Assembly: GCA_017436525.1 (NCBI GenBank)
Contig: JAFSCX010000006.1
Span: 1 to 63,486 of the forward strand
Direction: 5' to 3'
Source of the DNA: Clostridia bacterium
Lineage (GTDB): Bacteria > Bacillota > Clostridia > Oscillospirales > QAKW01
Length of the DNA: 63,486 bases
In this document: positions 1-8,636 of the stretch, piece after piece
How positions within the stretch are numbered: the first letter of the stretch is position 1
Layout: each line of letters begins with the position of its first letter
Program-made: the position numbers and the translations under genes
The notes under the pieces: generated by a model
Seen by the model: the letters and a program-made list of their open reading frames with translations, nothing else
Database searches by the model: none
Told to the model about the DNA's origin: nothing

Positions 1-217
1 CGATCTGTTCTCGTCGGCGTACACAGGTACGGCAGAGAGCAGATCGGCGGAAAGCAGAAAATTTTAATCAAAAATCCGCATGATGATGCGGATTTTTTCC
101 TTATAATAAGAAAGCAAGGAAAAAAGAGTAGGTTTTTTCCCCTTGCTGATTTATAGAATCGGCAGAATTCTTTTATTCTCTTATTTTCTGCGGTCTGTGC
201 CTTTTTTGACAGTCTGA
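1..217 (-). mobile_element. MITE-like repeat, family A, copy 1 (truncated by window start)
   Basis: Reverse complement aligns nearly base-for-base with 21466-21683; end TTTTTTGACAGTCTGA at 202-217. Confidence 0.85.
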
Positions 218-219
218 AT

Positions 220-242
220 AAAAGACCGCTTTGCGGTCTTTT
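220..242. terminator. Intrinsic terminator after trmD
   Basis: AAAAGACCGC-TTT-GCGGTCTTTT hairpin at the trmD stop. Confidence 0.65.
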
Positions 243-1374
243 ATTCTTTAATCATTTGCTGATAATCCAGCATCTTGAAGCCTAATTTATGATAGATTTT
301 TTTGGCAACTTTATTATCGGCTGTTACTTCAAGACGGTAGCGGGCAGCTTTGTCTTGATATAAATCAAAAAGCTCCCGCAAGGTTTTTTCAGCTAATTTA
401 TGCCCGCGAAATTCCGGCCGGACATATAGTTCCTCAATCCAGACAGTGAGCCCGCCGCCTTCATTGGAATTGGTAAAACTCAATAGGCAATAGCCTGCAT
501 CTTTTTGCTCAAAACGAATCATATAGCCGCCAACATAGGGATCACGATCCAGAAGCTTTTGGAATGTATCTTCAATGTGTTTGCGGGGGATTTGATGAAG
601 AACCCCCGGGGTGTTATAAAATGCTTCGGCCATTTGGCAGAATAAAGCACGATCCGTTTCCTCAAAATAGCGGATTCGTTTGCCGCTTGGTACTGCGTGG
701 ATGGAAAGATCCGGACGCATTCTTTCGGTAATGGCAATGGATTCTTCCAGTTTCCATTTTTCGATCAAGCGATGGTTTCCTTCGGTTAGTACCGCCGGCA
801 CCTCTCGCTCTTTCCAGATGCGTGGCTGCGTATATTGAGGATGCTCCAGTAATCCGCGATAATGGCTTTCTTCTGTGAAAGAGCTTTCTTCTGCAAGGAC
901 ACCGGGAATCATACGGGAGATACAATCAATCAGCACGCATGCAGGCAATTCTCCGCCGGTCAATACATAATCGCCGATAGAAATTTCTTCGTCTACAATT
1001 TCATCCAAAATCCGCTGATCCACCCCTTCATAATGCCCGCAAAGAATGGTTAAATGGGGGAGCTTACTCAATTCTTTCGCTTTCTTTTGGGTGAGCACCT
1101 TCCCGCGGGGCGATACATAGACCGTATGCGGGCGTTGGTCATTTCTTTTTAAGACCTCTTGATAGCAATCGTATATGGGTTGGCATTGCATCACCATTCC
1201 GCTGCCGCCGCCAAAGGGATAATCATCTACTCTGCGATGCCGATCTTCGGTATAATTGCGAATATGAAGGCAATCGATTTCGATGAGGCCTTTTTGGCGG
1301 GCTCGGCCAATAATGCTTTCTTTCAATATATTGTCGACCATTTCGGGAAACAGAGTCATGATGGAAAATTTCAT
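241..1374 (-). CDS. trmD: tRNA (guanine37-N1)-methyltransferase with C-terminal GNAT acetyltransferase domain
   Basis: VDDYPFGGGSGMVM, CGHYEGVDQR, SIGDYVLTGGE motifs; last ~145 aa have GNAT motif A (IEELYVRPEFRGHKLA) and NKVAKKIYHKLGF; follows rimM. Confidence 0.93.
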   Translation of the reverse strand: MKFSIMTLFPEMVDNILKESIIGRARQKGLIEIDCLHIRNYTEDRHRRVDDYPFGGGSGMVMQCQPIYDCYQEVLKRNDQRPHTVYVSPRGKVLTQKKAKELSKLPHLTILCGHYEGVDQRILDEIVDEEISIGDYVLTGGELPACVLIDCISRMIPGVLAEESSFTEESHYRGLLEHPQYTQPRIWKEREVPAVLTEGNHRLIEKWKLEESIAITERMRPDLSIHAVPSGKRIRYFEETDRALFCQMAEAFYNTPGVLHQIPRKHIEDTFQKLLDRDPYVGGYMIRFEQKDAGYCLLSFTNSNEGGGLTVWIEELYVRPEFRGHKLAEKTLRELFDLYQDKAARYRLEVTADNKVAKKIYHKLGFKMLDYQQMIKE

Positions 1375-1865
1375 TCAAATAGGCCCTCCAAAGGACGGAT
1401 CAGGATTTTTTTATTGATGAGATCAATCTGCTTTACTACATCATTGATTTTGGGTACATAATAGGTTTTATCACCCTTGACCTCAAAGACATCGTTGGCA
1501 CCGGTGGGGAAGACGCTTACAACTTTGCCATAGATCGTGCCGGTATCAATATCAATGACATCAAGGCCAATAATATCGTCAATATAATATTGCCCTTCTT
1601 CTAAGGGCACCTCATGCTTTTTGAAATAGACCAATTTACCAATCAAGGGTTCCGCTTTATTGATATGGTCGATTCCTTTGAAGCGAATCAAAGCTTGCCC
1701 CTTATGCACGCGGGCGGAAGCGACGGTATATGCTTCATTATCAATATACATTTTTTTGACTTCGCAAAGAAATTCGGCACTATCGCAATAAGGATAGATC
1801 CGAACCTCTCCCTTCAGAGAATGGGTATTTACAATTTTACCTGCTTGAAGCAATTCTTTGCTCAT
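1371..1865 (-). CDS. rimM: 16S rRNA processing protein RimM
   Basis: GKIVNTHSLKGEV, YYIDDIIG, TGANDV; start moved to MSKELL after an AGGAG RBS; rpsP-khpA-rimM-trmD synteny. Confidence 0.93.
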   Translation of the reverse strand: MSKELLQAGKIVNTHSLKGEVRIYPYCDSAEFLCEVKKMYIDNEAYTVASARVHKGQALIRFKGIDHINKAEPLIGKLVYFKKHEVPLEEGQYYIDDIIGLDVIDIDTGTIYGKVVSVFPTGANDVFEVKGDKTYYVPKINDVVKQIDLINKKILIRPLEGLFE

Positions 1866-1961
1866 GGTGATCTCCTGTAAATGTTTTTGATTATTATAGC
1901 ACATAAAATATAAAAAAACAACAGCACCGCAAAATTTGCGATGCTGCCGGTAAAACGCCGA

Positions 1962-2189
1962 TTATTTGATCTCAACGATCACCTTTTTAGGCATTTTGAA
2001 GGATGCGGATTTAACGATAGAACGGATGGCCTTAGCAATTTTACCGTGCTTGCCGATCACACGCCCCATATCATCCGCTGCGACCTGAAGCTCATAAACG
2101 ATCGCATCTTCAGTCTCGGATTCGGTTACAGTTACTGCGTCCGGATCTTCAACCAGCGATTGAGCCAGGTAAATAATGAGTTCTTTCAT
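1962..2189 (-). CDS. khpA: KH-domain RNA-binding protein KhpA
   Basis: DMGRVIGKHGKIAKAIR KH GxxG motif; position after rpsP. Confidence 0.9.
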   Translation of the reverse strand: MKELIIYLAQSLVEDPDAVTVTESETEDAIVYELQVAADDMGRVIGKHGKIAKAIRSIVKSASFKMPKKVIVEIK

Positions 2190-2206
2190 GGTATATCCTC
2201 TTAAAC

Positions 2207-2449
2207 TCAGATGATTTCCTGCTTCTTCAGCAGAGCCTTAACGGTATCGGTGGGCTGAGCACCGTTTTTGATCCATGCTTTTGCCTTCTCGCCATCGATG
2301 GTTACGGTAGCGGGATCAGTGCAGGGATTGTAGGTTCCGATCTCCTCGATGAATCTGCCGTCGCGGGGATAGCGGGAATCTGCAACAACAATGCGATAGG
2401 TGGGAGCTTTCTTAGCGCCCAGTCTTCTCAGTCTGATTTTAACTGCCAT
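2207..2449 (-). CDS. rpsP: 30S ribosomal protein S16
   Basis: [35 protein letters not shown]. Confidence 0.98.
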   Translation of the reverse strand: MAVKIRLRRLGAKKAPTYRIVVADSRYPRDGRFIEEIGTYNPCTDPATVTIDGEKAKAWIKNGAQPTDTVKALLKKQEII

Positions 2450-2477
2450 TTTCTTTTTCTCCTTTCAAAATTTCTTA

Positions 2478-3800
2478 TTAAAAACCGAATCCGCGGCGTC
2501 TGCCTTTTTTGGAGTTCAGTTGTTTAACCATTTTTTGCATCTGCTCAAATTGCTTGAGCAAGCGGTTGACCATTTCAACCGAGGTGCCGCTTCCTGCGGC
2601 AATTCTTCTGCGGCGGGTGGCGTTCATCAAGGATGGATTTTCCCGCTCTTCAGGGGTCATGGATAGAATGATGGCTTCTGTACGGGCAAGCTGGCGCTCG
2701 TCGATATGCACATCCTTCATTTGCGCGGCGTTCATACCGGGCATCATGCCAAGCAGATTCTCCAGCGGCCCCATTTTTTTGATTTGCTTCATCTGATCCA
2801 GAAAATCCTGGAGGGTAAAGCGGTTTTTACGCAGCTTTTCTTCCAATGCCAAGGCTTCCTTTTCATCAAAGGCTTCCTGCGCTTTATCAATCAAAGAGAG
2901 CACATCTCCCATTCCCAAAATACGGGATGCCATACGATCGGGGTGGAAGGGCTCGATATCGGTGAGCTTTTCGCCGATACCTGCAAATTTGATGGGTTTG
3001 CCGGTAATATATTTGACAGATAGTGCAGCACCGCCACGGGTATCGCCGTCCAGCTTTGTGAGCACAACACCATCAATATCCAAAAGATTATTGAAGCTTT
3101 CCGCTACATTGACCGCATCCTGACCGGTCATGGCATCTACCACTAAGAGAATCTCTTGGGGAGATACAGCCTTTTTAATATTGGAAAGCTCTTCCATCAG
3201 AGCGTCGTCGATATGCAATCGACCGGCTGTATCCAAAAGGACCAGATCATTGCCATAACGCTTGGCATGGGCAATGGCCTCTTTTGCGATCTTTACAGGG
3301 TTCATTTCGCCATCGATCTTAAAGACGGGGACATCAACACCGCTGCCGACGACTTCAAGCTGGGTGATGGCGGCAGGCCGATATACATCGCAGGCTACCA
3401 GCAAAGGCCGGCGCCCTTTCTTTTTGAAATAACCGGCAATCTTACCGCTTTGCGTTGTTTTACCGGTACCTTGCAGGCCAACCATCATGACAATGGTGGG
3501 AGGGCTGGATGCCATCTTTATAGTAGAGGTTTCGGAACCCATCAGGGCAGTAAGCTCTTCATTGACAATCTTTACAACCTGCTGGGCGGGAGTGAGGCTC
3601 TCAAGCACATCACTGCCCACACACCGCTCTGAAACCTTTCCGATGAATTCTTTAACCACCTTAAAGTTTACATCAGCTTCCAAAAGAGCAAGCTTGATTT
3701 CTCGCATAGCGGTCTTAACATCCGCTTCGGTAAGGTGGCCATGCTGCTTCAGATTCTTAAATGCTTTTGCAAGCTTTTCACTTAATCCTTCAAAGGCCAT
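2478..3800 (-). CDS. ffh: Signal recognition particle protein
   Basis: ALLEADV, GLQGTGKTT, DTAGR, TKLDGDTRGGAALS, Met-rich M domain with RRRIAAGSG. Confidence 0.98.
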   Translation of the reverse strand: MAFEGLSEKLAKAFKNLKQHGHLTEADVKTAMREIKLALLEADVNFKVVKEFIGKVSERCVGSDVLESLTPAQQVVKIVNEELTALMGSETSTIKMASSPPTIVMMVGLQGTGKTTQSGKIAGYFKKKGRRPLLVACDVYRPAAITQLEVVGSGVDVPVFKIDGEMNPVKIAKEAIAHAKRYGNDLVLLDTAGRLHIDDALMEELSNIKKAVSPQEILLVVDAMTGQDAVNVAESFNNLLDIDGVVLTKLDGDTRGGAALSVKYITGKPIKFAGIGEKLTDIEPFHPDRMASRILGMGDVLSLIDKAQEAFDEKEALALEEKLRKNRFTLQDFLDQMKQIKKMGPLENLLGMMPGMNAAQMKDVHIDERQLARTEAIILSMTPEERENPSLMNATRRRRIAAGSGTSVEMVNRLLKQFEQMQKMVKQLNSKKGRRRGFGF

Positions 3801-3803
3801 TGA

Positions 3804-4169
3804 TTACTCCTGTTTCAAAAAATCGGCGGAAATGGCGGCAATTTCTTTAGCAAATTGATCGACCTCTACCGATTTATGGTGCCGCTGATTGAATTCGCGG
3901 ATATTCAAAGCGAGATTGCGGATTTGCTCCATCTGATCTTCTAAGCCTGAATAGCGGCGGAAGAATCCGAGCCGCGCTTCAGTCTCTGTAAGAAACTGCT
4001 CGCCGCGCTTGATATTATCGCGCACACCTTGGCGGGTGATATGCATATGCTGCGCAATTTCGGAAAGAGAAAGATCCTCATTATAATATAATTCCAAGGC
4101 ATCTCTCATCTTGGGCGCTAAGATATCTCCATAGAAATCGATCAGCAAAGAAAACTGCAGATCCTTCAT
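3804..4169 (-). CDS. ylxM: YlxM (UPF0122) HTH protein
   Basis: LLIDFYGDIL, YYNEDLSLSEIA, ITRQGVRDNIKR; directly upstream of ffh; ATG after GAGGTG. Confidence 0.9.
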   Translation of the reverse strand: MKDLQFSLLIDFYGDILAPKMRDALELYYNEDLSLSEIAQHMHITRQGVRDNIKRGEQFLTETEARLGFFRRYSGLEDQMEQIRNLALNIREFNQRHHKSVEVDQFAKEIAAISADFLKQE

Positions 4170-4186
4170 CCGATTCACCTCATTTC

Positions 4187-4241
4187 AATGTGTAAAGCGT
4201 TTAACTTTACACATTATAATGGATCTCTTTCATTTTGTCAA
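4187..4241 (-). promoter_or_regulatory. sigmaA promoter of ylxM-ffh with overlapping 11-bp inverted repeat
   Basis: TTGACA (4241-4236)-17-TATAAT (4218-4213); AATGTGTAAAG-N7-CTTTACACATT at 4187-4215. Confidence 0.8.
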
Positions 4242-4351
4242 TAGATATATTGAATTTTTATTAAAAATCAGGCTTGTTTATTAAGAAGAGATGGTGTATA
4301 ATCAAAAAAACGAAAAAAATATGAAAAAACCTTGAAAACAAAAAATATTTG

Positions 4352-4380
4352 TTGACAAGCCGTGCTTTTATCATTATAAT
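4352..4380 (+). promoter_or_regulatory. sigmaA promoter of yceD-rpmF
   Basis: Perfect TTGACA-17-TATAAT. Confidence 0.8.
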
Positions 4381-4421
4381 ATTTAGTGCTATTGGTTTTT
4401 TGCCGATCATAAGGGAGAATT

Positions 4422-4877
4422 ATGAAGATCAATTTAAGAGATGCCTTTTTATTGGATCGCTATGAAAAAGCTTTAGAATTTCAGCTTTCTCTTGAGGAAG
4501 ATGATCCTATTCTGAGCGAAGCGGAATTTAAGGAAAATCCAAAGGTTCGCTTTTTCATCAGCGCGAAATACGGTCTGGTTCATTGCGAGACCACCATCGA
4601 TCTTTCATTCATCGGTTGTTGCAGCCGTTGCTTGGAGCCGGTGGAAGGGGATTTGCATATAGAGAACCGCCGCCGTATCATCACCGATCCTGATAAAGAG
4701 GATGAGGATACTATTCTGATCGATCCGAATTTTATGTTTTTTCCCGATGAGGAAGCGAGAAATCAGATTATATTGGAGTTTCCGGAGCGTTTTCTTTGCA
4801 AGGAAGATTGTAAAGGGCTGTGCCCTGTATGTGGATGCAATCGCAATTTGCAGGAATGCGGCTGCGAAGATTCATAA
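4422..4877 (+). CDS. DUF177/YceD-family protein
   Basis: CSRCLEP and LCKEDCKGLCPVCGCNRN Cys motifs; upstream of rpmF. Confidence 0.88.
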   Translation: MKINLRDAFLLDRYEKALEFQLSLEEDDPILSEAEFKENPKVRFFISAKYGLVHCETTIDLSFIGCCSRCLEPVEGDLHIENRRRIITDPDKEDEDTILIDPNFMFFPDEEARNQIILEFPERFLCKEDCKGLCPVCGCNRNLQECGCEDS

Positions 4878-4943
4878 GCCGGTTTTTTGGATCGGTGATT
4901 ACATTTGTTATAATTGATGTATTATAAAGGGAGGTAAGTAGAA

Positions 4944-5186
4944 ATGGCAGTACCTAAGAGAAAGGTTTCTAAAGCAAGAAGAGATAAGAGAAGAAGCAAT
5001 GTATGGAAGTTGGATGCTCCCGCTATGGTTGAGTGCCCCAAGTGCCATGCAATGAAGGCTCCTCATAAGGCTTGCCCTGAGTGCGGATACGTGAATGATA
5101 AGCTGTCTGTAAAAGACGGTAAGATCGTTGCCAAGACCGCTGCTAAGACTGAAGAAGCCAAGACTGAAGCAGCTTCTGAAGAATAA
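4944..5186 (+). CDS. rpmF: 50S ribosomal protein L32 (Zn-ribbon type, C-terminal extension)
   Basis: MAVPKRKVSKARRDKRR, CPKC...PHKACPECGY. Confidence 0.96.
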   Translation: MAVPKRKVSKARRDKRRSNVWKLDAPAMVECPKCHAMKAPHKACPECGYVNDKLSVKDGKIVAKTAAKTEEAKTEAASEE

Positions 5187-5259
5187 AAGTTGTTTTGACG
5201 ATAGAGAAGGCGGCTTGCTGCCTTCTCTTTTCTTCTTTTAATGAAAGGTGGTGCATATA

Positions 5260-6561
5260 ATGGCGGCAAAGATTATCCAAGTGGATCCCGATAGCCTCGG
5301 AGCAGAATTGGGCCTTAAAGCAGGGGATCAGCTGATTTCGATCAACGGTCATCCCATTAAAGATGTCATTGATTATATGTACTATGAAGCGGCCACGGAG
5401 CTCGAATTATTGCTGGAGATTGATGGGGAAGAAGTATTGATCGAGCTGGAGAAGGATAGCGAAGAGCCTTTGGGGCTGGATTTTGAAAGCTATTTGATGG
5501 ATCGGCAGCGTAGCTGCAAAAATAAATGTATCTTTTGTTTTATTGATCAGCTGCCCAAGGGCCTGCGTGAGACCCTCTATTTCAAGGATGATGATGCGAG
5601 GCTCTCCTTTTTGATGGGAAATTATATAACACTCACCAATCTGAGCGAAGAAGATATTGAGCGGATTATTGCCATGCGCATCTCACCCATCAATATCTCT
5701 GTTCATACTACTGATCCAACCCTTCGGGTAAAAATGATGGCCAATCCGCAAGCGGCAAGAATCAATGAAATTCTGCATCGTTTTTATGATGCGGGAATCC
5801 AAATGAATTGCCAGATTGTGCTTTGTAAAGGGGTCAACGATGGGAAGCATTTGGAAAAGAGCCTCACGGATCTTGCGGCTTTAGCCCCTTATGTGCAGAG
5901 CACCAGCGTGGTGCCTGTTGGGCTTTCGCGCCATCGGGATGGTTTATATCCGTTGGAATCCTTTACGAAAGAGGATGCTTTGGAAGTAATCCAATGCATT
6001 GATCGGATCGGGGAGAAGCAAAAGAGCCGCCATGGGGTGCGCGGTTGCTATGCTTCGGATGAATTTTATATTCTGGCAAATCTGCCGATTCCTTCCGAAG
6101 AGCATTATGATGGGTATCCTCAGATTGAAAATGGTGTGGGCCTGATGCGAAGCCTTGAGGATGAATTGAGGGATGCTTTATTCTTGGAAAGCGGCGATTC
6201 CAAAGAGCGAGAGATCGGGATTGTAACCGGCGTGCTTGCCGCTGAATATATGGATCGCCTTTTGGGGATGGTTCAAGAAAAATTCATCGGGCTTCGATAT
6301 AAAATTTATCCCATTGTCAATCATTTTTTCGGCGAGAAAATCACAGTGTCCGGTTTGGTAACGGCTACTGATATTTTGGATCAATTAAAAGAAGAACCTC
6401 TGCCCCCTGTGCTTCTGATACCAAGCAGTATGCTGCGGGCAGAGCAGGATTTATTTTTAGACAGTATTTCCTTGGAGGAGGTATCCTCCAAGCTGGATCG
6501 GGAGATTCGGGTTTCTATGAATGATGGAGCGGATCTTCTGGATAAAATATTAGGGAGGTGA
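5260..6561 (+). CDS. PDZ + radical SAM DUF512-family Fe-S protein
   Basis: N-terminal PDZ-like (GLKAGDQLISING), CKNKCIFC, LYFKDDDARLSF, YPQIENGVG; usual position upstream of der. Confidence 0.88.
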   Translation: MAAKIIQVDPDSLGAELGLKAGDQLISINGHPIKDVIDYMYYEAATELELLLEIDGEEVLIELEKDSEEPLGLDFESYLMDRQRSCKNKCIFCFIDQLPKGLRETLYFKDDDARLSFLMGNYITLTNLSEEDIERIIAMRISPINISVHTTDPTLRVKMMANPQAARINEILHRFYDAGIQMNCQIVLCKGVNDGKHLEKSLTDLAALAPYVQSTSVVPVGLSRHRDGLYPLESFTKEDALEVIQCIDRIGEKQKSRHGVRGCYASDEFYILANLPIPSEEHYDGYPQIENGVGLMRSLEDELRDALFLESGDSKEREIGIVTGVLAAEYMDRLLGMVQEKFIGLRYKIYPIVNHFFGEKITVSGLVTATDILDQLKEEPLPPVLLIPSSMLRAEQDLFLDSISLEEVSSKLDREIRVSMNDGADLLDKILGR

Positions 6562-6566
6562 TCTCT

Positions 6567-7889
6567 ATGGGAATGCCGGTTGTGGCTGTAGTTGGGCGTC
6601 CTAATGTAGGAAAAAGCTCATTATTTAATAAATTGGCAGGAGCCCGGCTCTCAATCGTTGAGGATACGCCGGGAGTTACGCGAGATCGGATTTATGCCAC
6701 CGTTGAATGGCGCGCCAAAAATTTCATGCTGATCGATACCGGCGGTATTGAGCCTGCGAAAGAGGATATTATTCTCACTCAAATGCGGCGTCAGGCAGAG
6801 ATGGCGATCGATACAGCGGATTGCATTATCTTTCTGACCGATGTGCAGACCGGAGTTACGGCAGACGATCAAGAAATCGCCACCATGCTTTATCGCTCCG
6901 GAAAGCCGATTGTTCTTTGCGTCAATAAAGTGGATCAATTGGGCGAGCCCCCTATGGAATTTTATGAATTTTATAATTTGGGGTTGGGCGATCCTATCGC
7001 TGTCTCCTCGGTTCACGGAAGCGGCACAGGAGATCTTTTGGACGAGGTTTATAAGTATCTGCATTTTGAAGAGGAGAATGAGGGGGAAGAGGAGCCGATC
7101 AAGGTTGCTCTTTTAGGAAAGCCTAATGTAGGAAAATCCTCTTTAATCAATAAATTGCTCGGCGAGGAGCGGTGTATTGTATCCAATATTCCCGGCACTA
7201 CGCGGGATGCGGTTGATGCATTATATACTTCGAAAGTGGGCAATTTTTCTTTGATTGATACTGCGGGAATCCGCAAGAAGAAAAAAGTGGAAGAGGCTGT
7301 AGAAAAATATAGCGTTATTCGATCTTATATGGCTGTGGAGCGTGCAGATGTATGCGTAATCATGCTGGATGCCAATGATGGCGTTACCGAGCAGGATACT
7401 AAAATTGCCGGCTATGCCAATGAGCAGGGAAAAGCGTTGGTAATTGCTGTCAATAAATGGGATTCCATTGAAAAAGAAACCAATACCATGGAGCAGCTGC
7501 GCAAGTCTATCAAGAATGATCTTGCTTTTATGTCTTTTGCTCCCATTGTATTTATTTCTGCATTGGAAGGTCAGCGGTTGGAGCAATTGATGATCGCTGT
7601 CAAAGAGGCGGCTTGCGAAAATCGGCGGAGAATTTCCACCGGTATGCTCAACGATGTCCTGAATGAGGCGACCGCGCGCGTGCAGCCTCCCTCTGATAAA
7701 GGAAAGCGATTAAAGATCTATTATATGACGCAGGCATCGGCAGAGCCCCCCACATTTGTATTCTTTGTAAACAAAAAAGATTTGTTCCATTTTTCCTATC
7801 AGCGCTATCTTGAAAACCGCCTGCGGGATACTTTTGGCTTTATCGGCACCCCTTTGCGGTTTATCATCCGAGAGAGAGGAGAAAAGTAA
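6567..7889 (+). CDS. der: Ribosome biogenesis GTPase Der
   Basis: Two tandem G domains (GRPNVGKS/DTGG; GKPNVGKS/DTAG) and a KH-like C-terminus. Confidence 0.97.
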   Translation: MGMPVVAVVGRPNVGKSSLFNKLAGARLSIVEDTPGVTRDRIYATVEWRAKNFMLIDTGGIEPAKEDIILTQMRRQAEMAIDTADCIIFLTDVQTGVTADDQEIATMLYRSGKPIVLCVNKVDQLGEPPMEFYEFYNLGLGDPIAVSSVHGSGTGDLLDEVYKYLHFEEENEGEEEPIKVALLGKPNVGKSSLINKLLGEERCIVSNIPGTTRDAVDALYTSKVGNFSLIDTAGIRKKKKVEEAVEKYSVIRSYMAVERADVCVIMLDANDGVTEQDTKIAGYANEQGKALVIAVNKWDSIEKETNTMEQLRKSIKNDLAFMSFAPIVFISALEGQRLEQLMIAVKEAACENRRRISTGMLNDVLNEATARVQPPSDKGKRLKIYYMTQASAEPPTFVFFVNKKDLFHFSYQRYLENRLRDTFGFIGTPLRFIIRERGEK

Positions 7890-8521
7890 TGGAAAAGTTG
7901 ATTCTTTTGATTATCGGAGTGGGCGTACTGTCCTACTTGGTCGGTAGTATCAATTGTTCGATTCTGATCTCCAGAATGCGGATGAATAAAGATGTGCGGG
8001 AATCCGGTTCCGGCAACGCCGGTGCTACCAATATGCTGCGTACCTTCGGGCCTAAGGCAGGGCTTATTACCATGCTGGGTGATTTTCTGAAAACGCTGAT
8101 TCCCTTGATTATTACCAAGCTGATTTTTGCAGATGAGCCATATTGGCAGGCGATGGTGGCTTTCAGCGGCTTTTGCTGCTCCATGGGCCATGCTTTTCCG
8201 ATCTATTTCGGATTCCGCGGCGGGAAGGCGGTTACAGTTGTCGCAATGGTGTTGTTTGTAGTGGATTGGCGATGCTTCGCTGTGGGGCTTTCGGTCTTTA
8301 TTCTCACTGTCGCGCTTACGCGCTATGTATCCCTTGCCTCCATCCTTGCAGGGCTTTCCGGGCCCATCACAATGTTCTTTATCTCTAAGAGATATCTGGC
8401 AAATCGATGGGTGGTTGTAGGATGTCTTTTTGCTCTCGCTATCATGATAATGATCCTTCATCGGGAAAATATCAAGCGATTGTTGAAGGGGGAAGAGCAT
8501 CGATTTTCGTTCAAAAAATAA
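7889..8521 (+). CDS. plsY: Glycerol-3-phosphate acyltransferase
   Basis: DVRESGSGNAGATNMLR, GHAFPIYFGFRGGKAV, HRENIKRL. Confidence 0.95.
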   Translation: MEKLILLIIGVGVLSYLVGSINCSILISRMRMNKDVRESGSGNAGATNMLRTFGPKAGLITMLGDFLKTLIPLIITKLIFADEPYWQAMVAFSGFCCSMGHAFPIYFGFRGGKAVTVVAMVLFVVDWRCFAVGLSVFILTVALTRYVSLASILAGLSGPITMFFISKRYLANRWVVVGCLFALAIMIMILHRENIKRLLKGEEHRFSFKK

Positions 8522-8526
8522 TGAAT

Positions 8527-8565
8527 AACGCTGCGAAACTTTTTTGGTTTCGCAGCGTTTTTTTG
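8527..8565 (+). terminator. Intrinsic terminator after plsY
   Basis: AACGCTGCGAAAC...GTTTCGCAGCGTT followed by a T tract. Confidence 0.75.
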
Positions 8566-8636
8566 AGAAATATATTGCGGAATAAGTCAATAAATGATAT
8601 AATATATTATATTTTTCTATATAAAGGAGAAATAGG

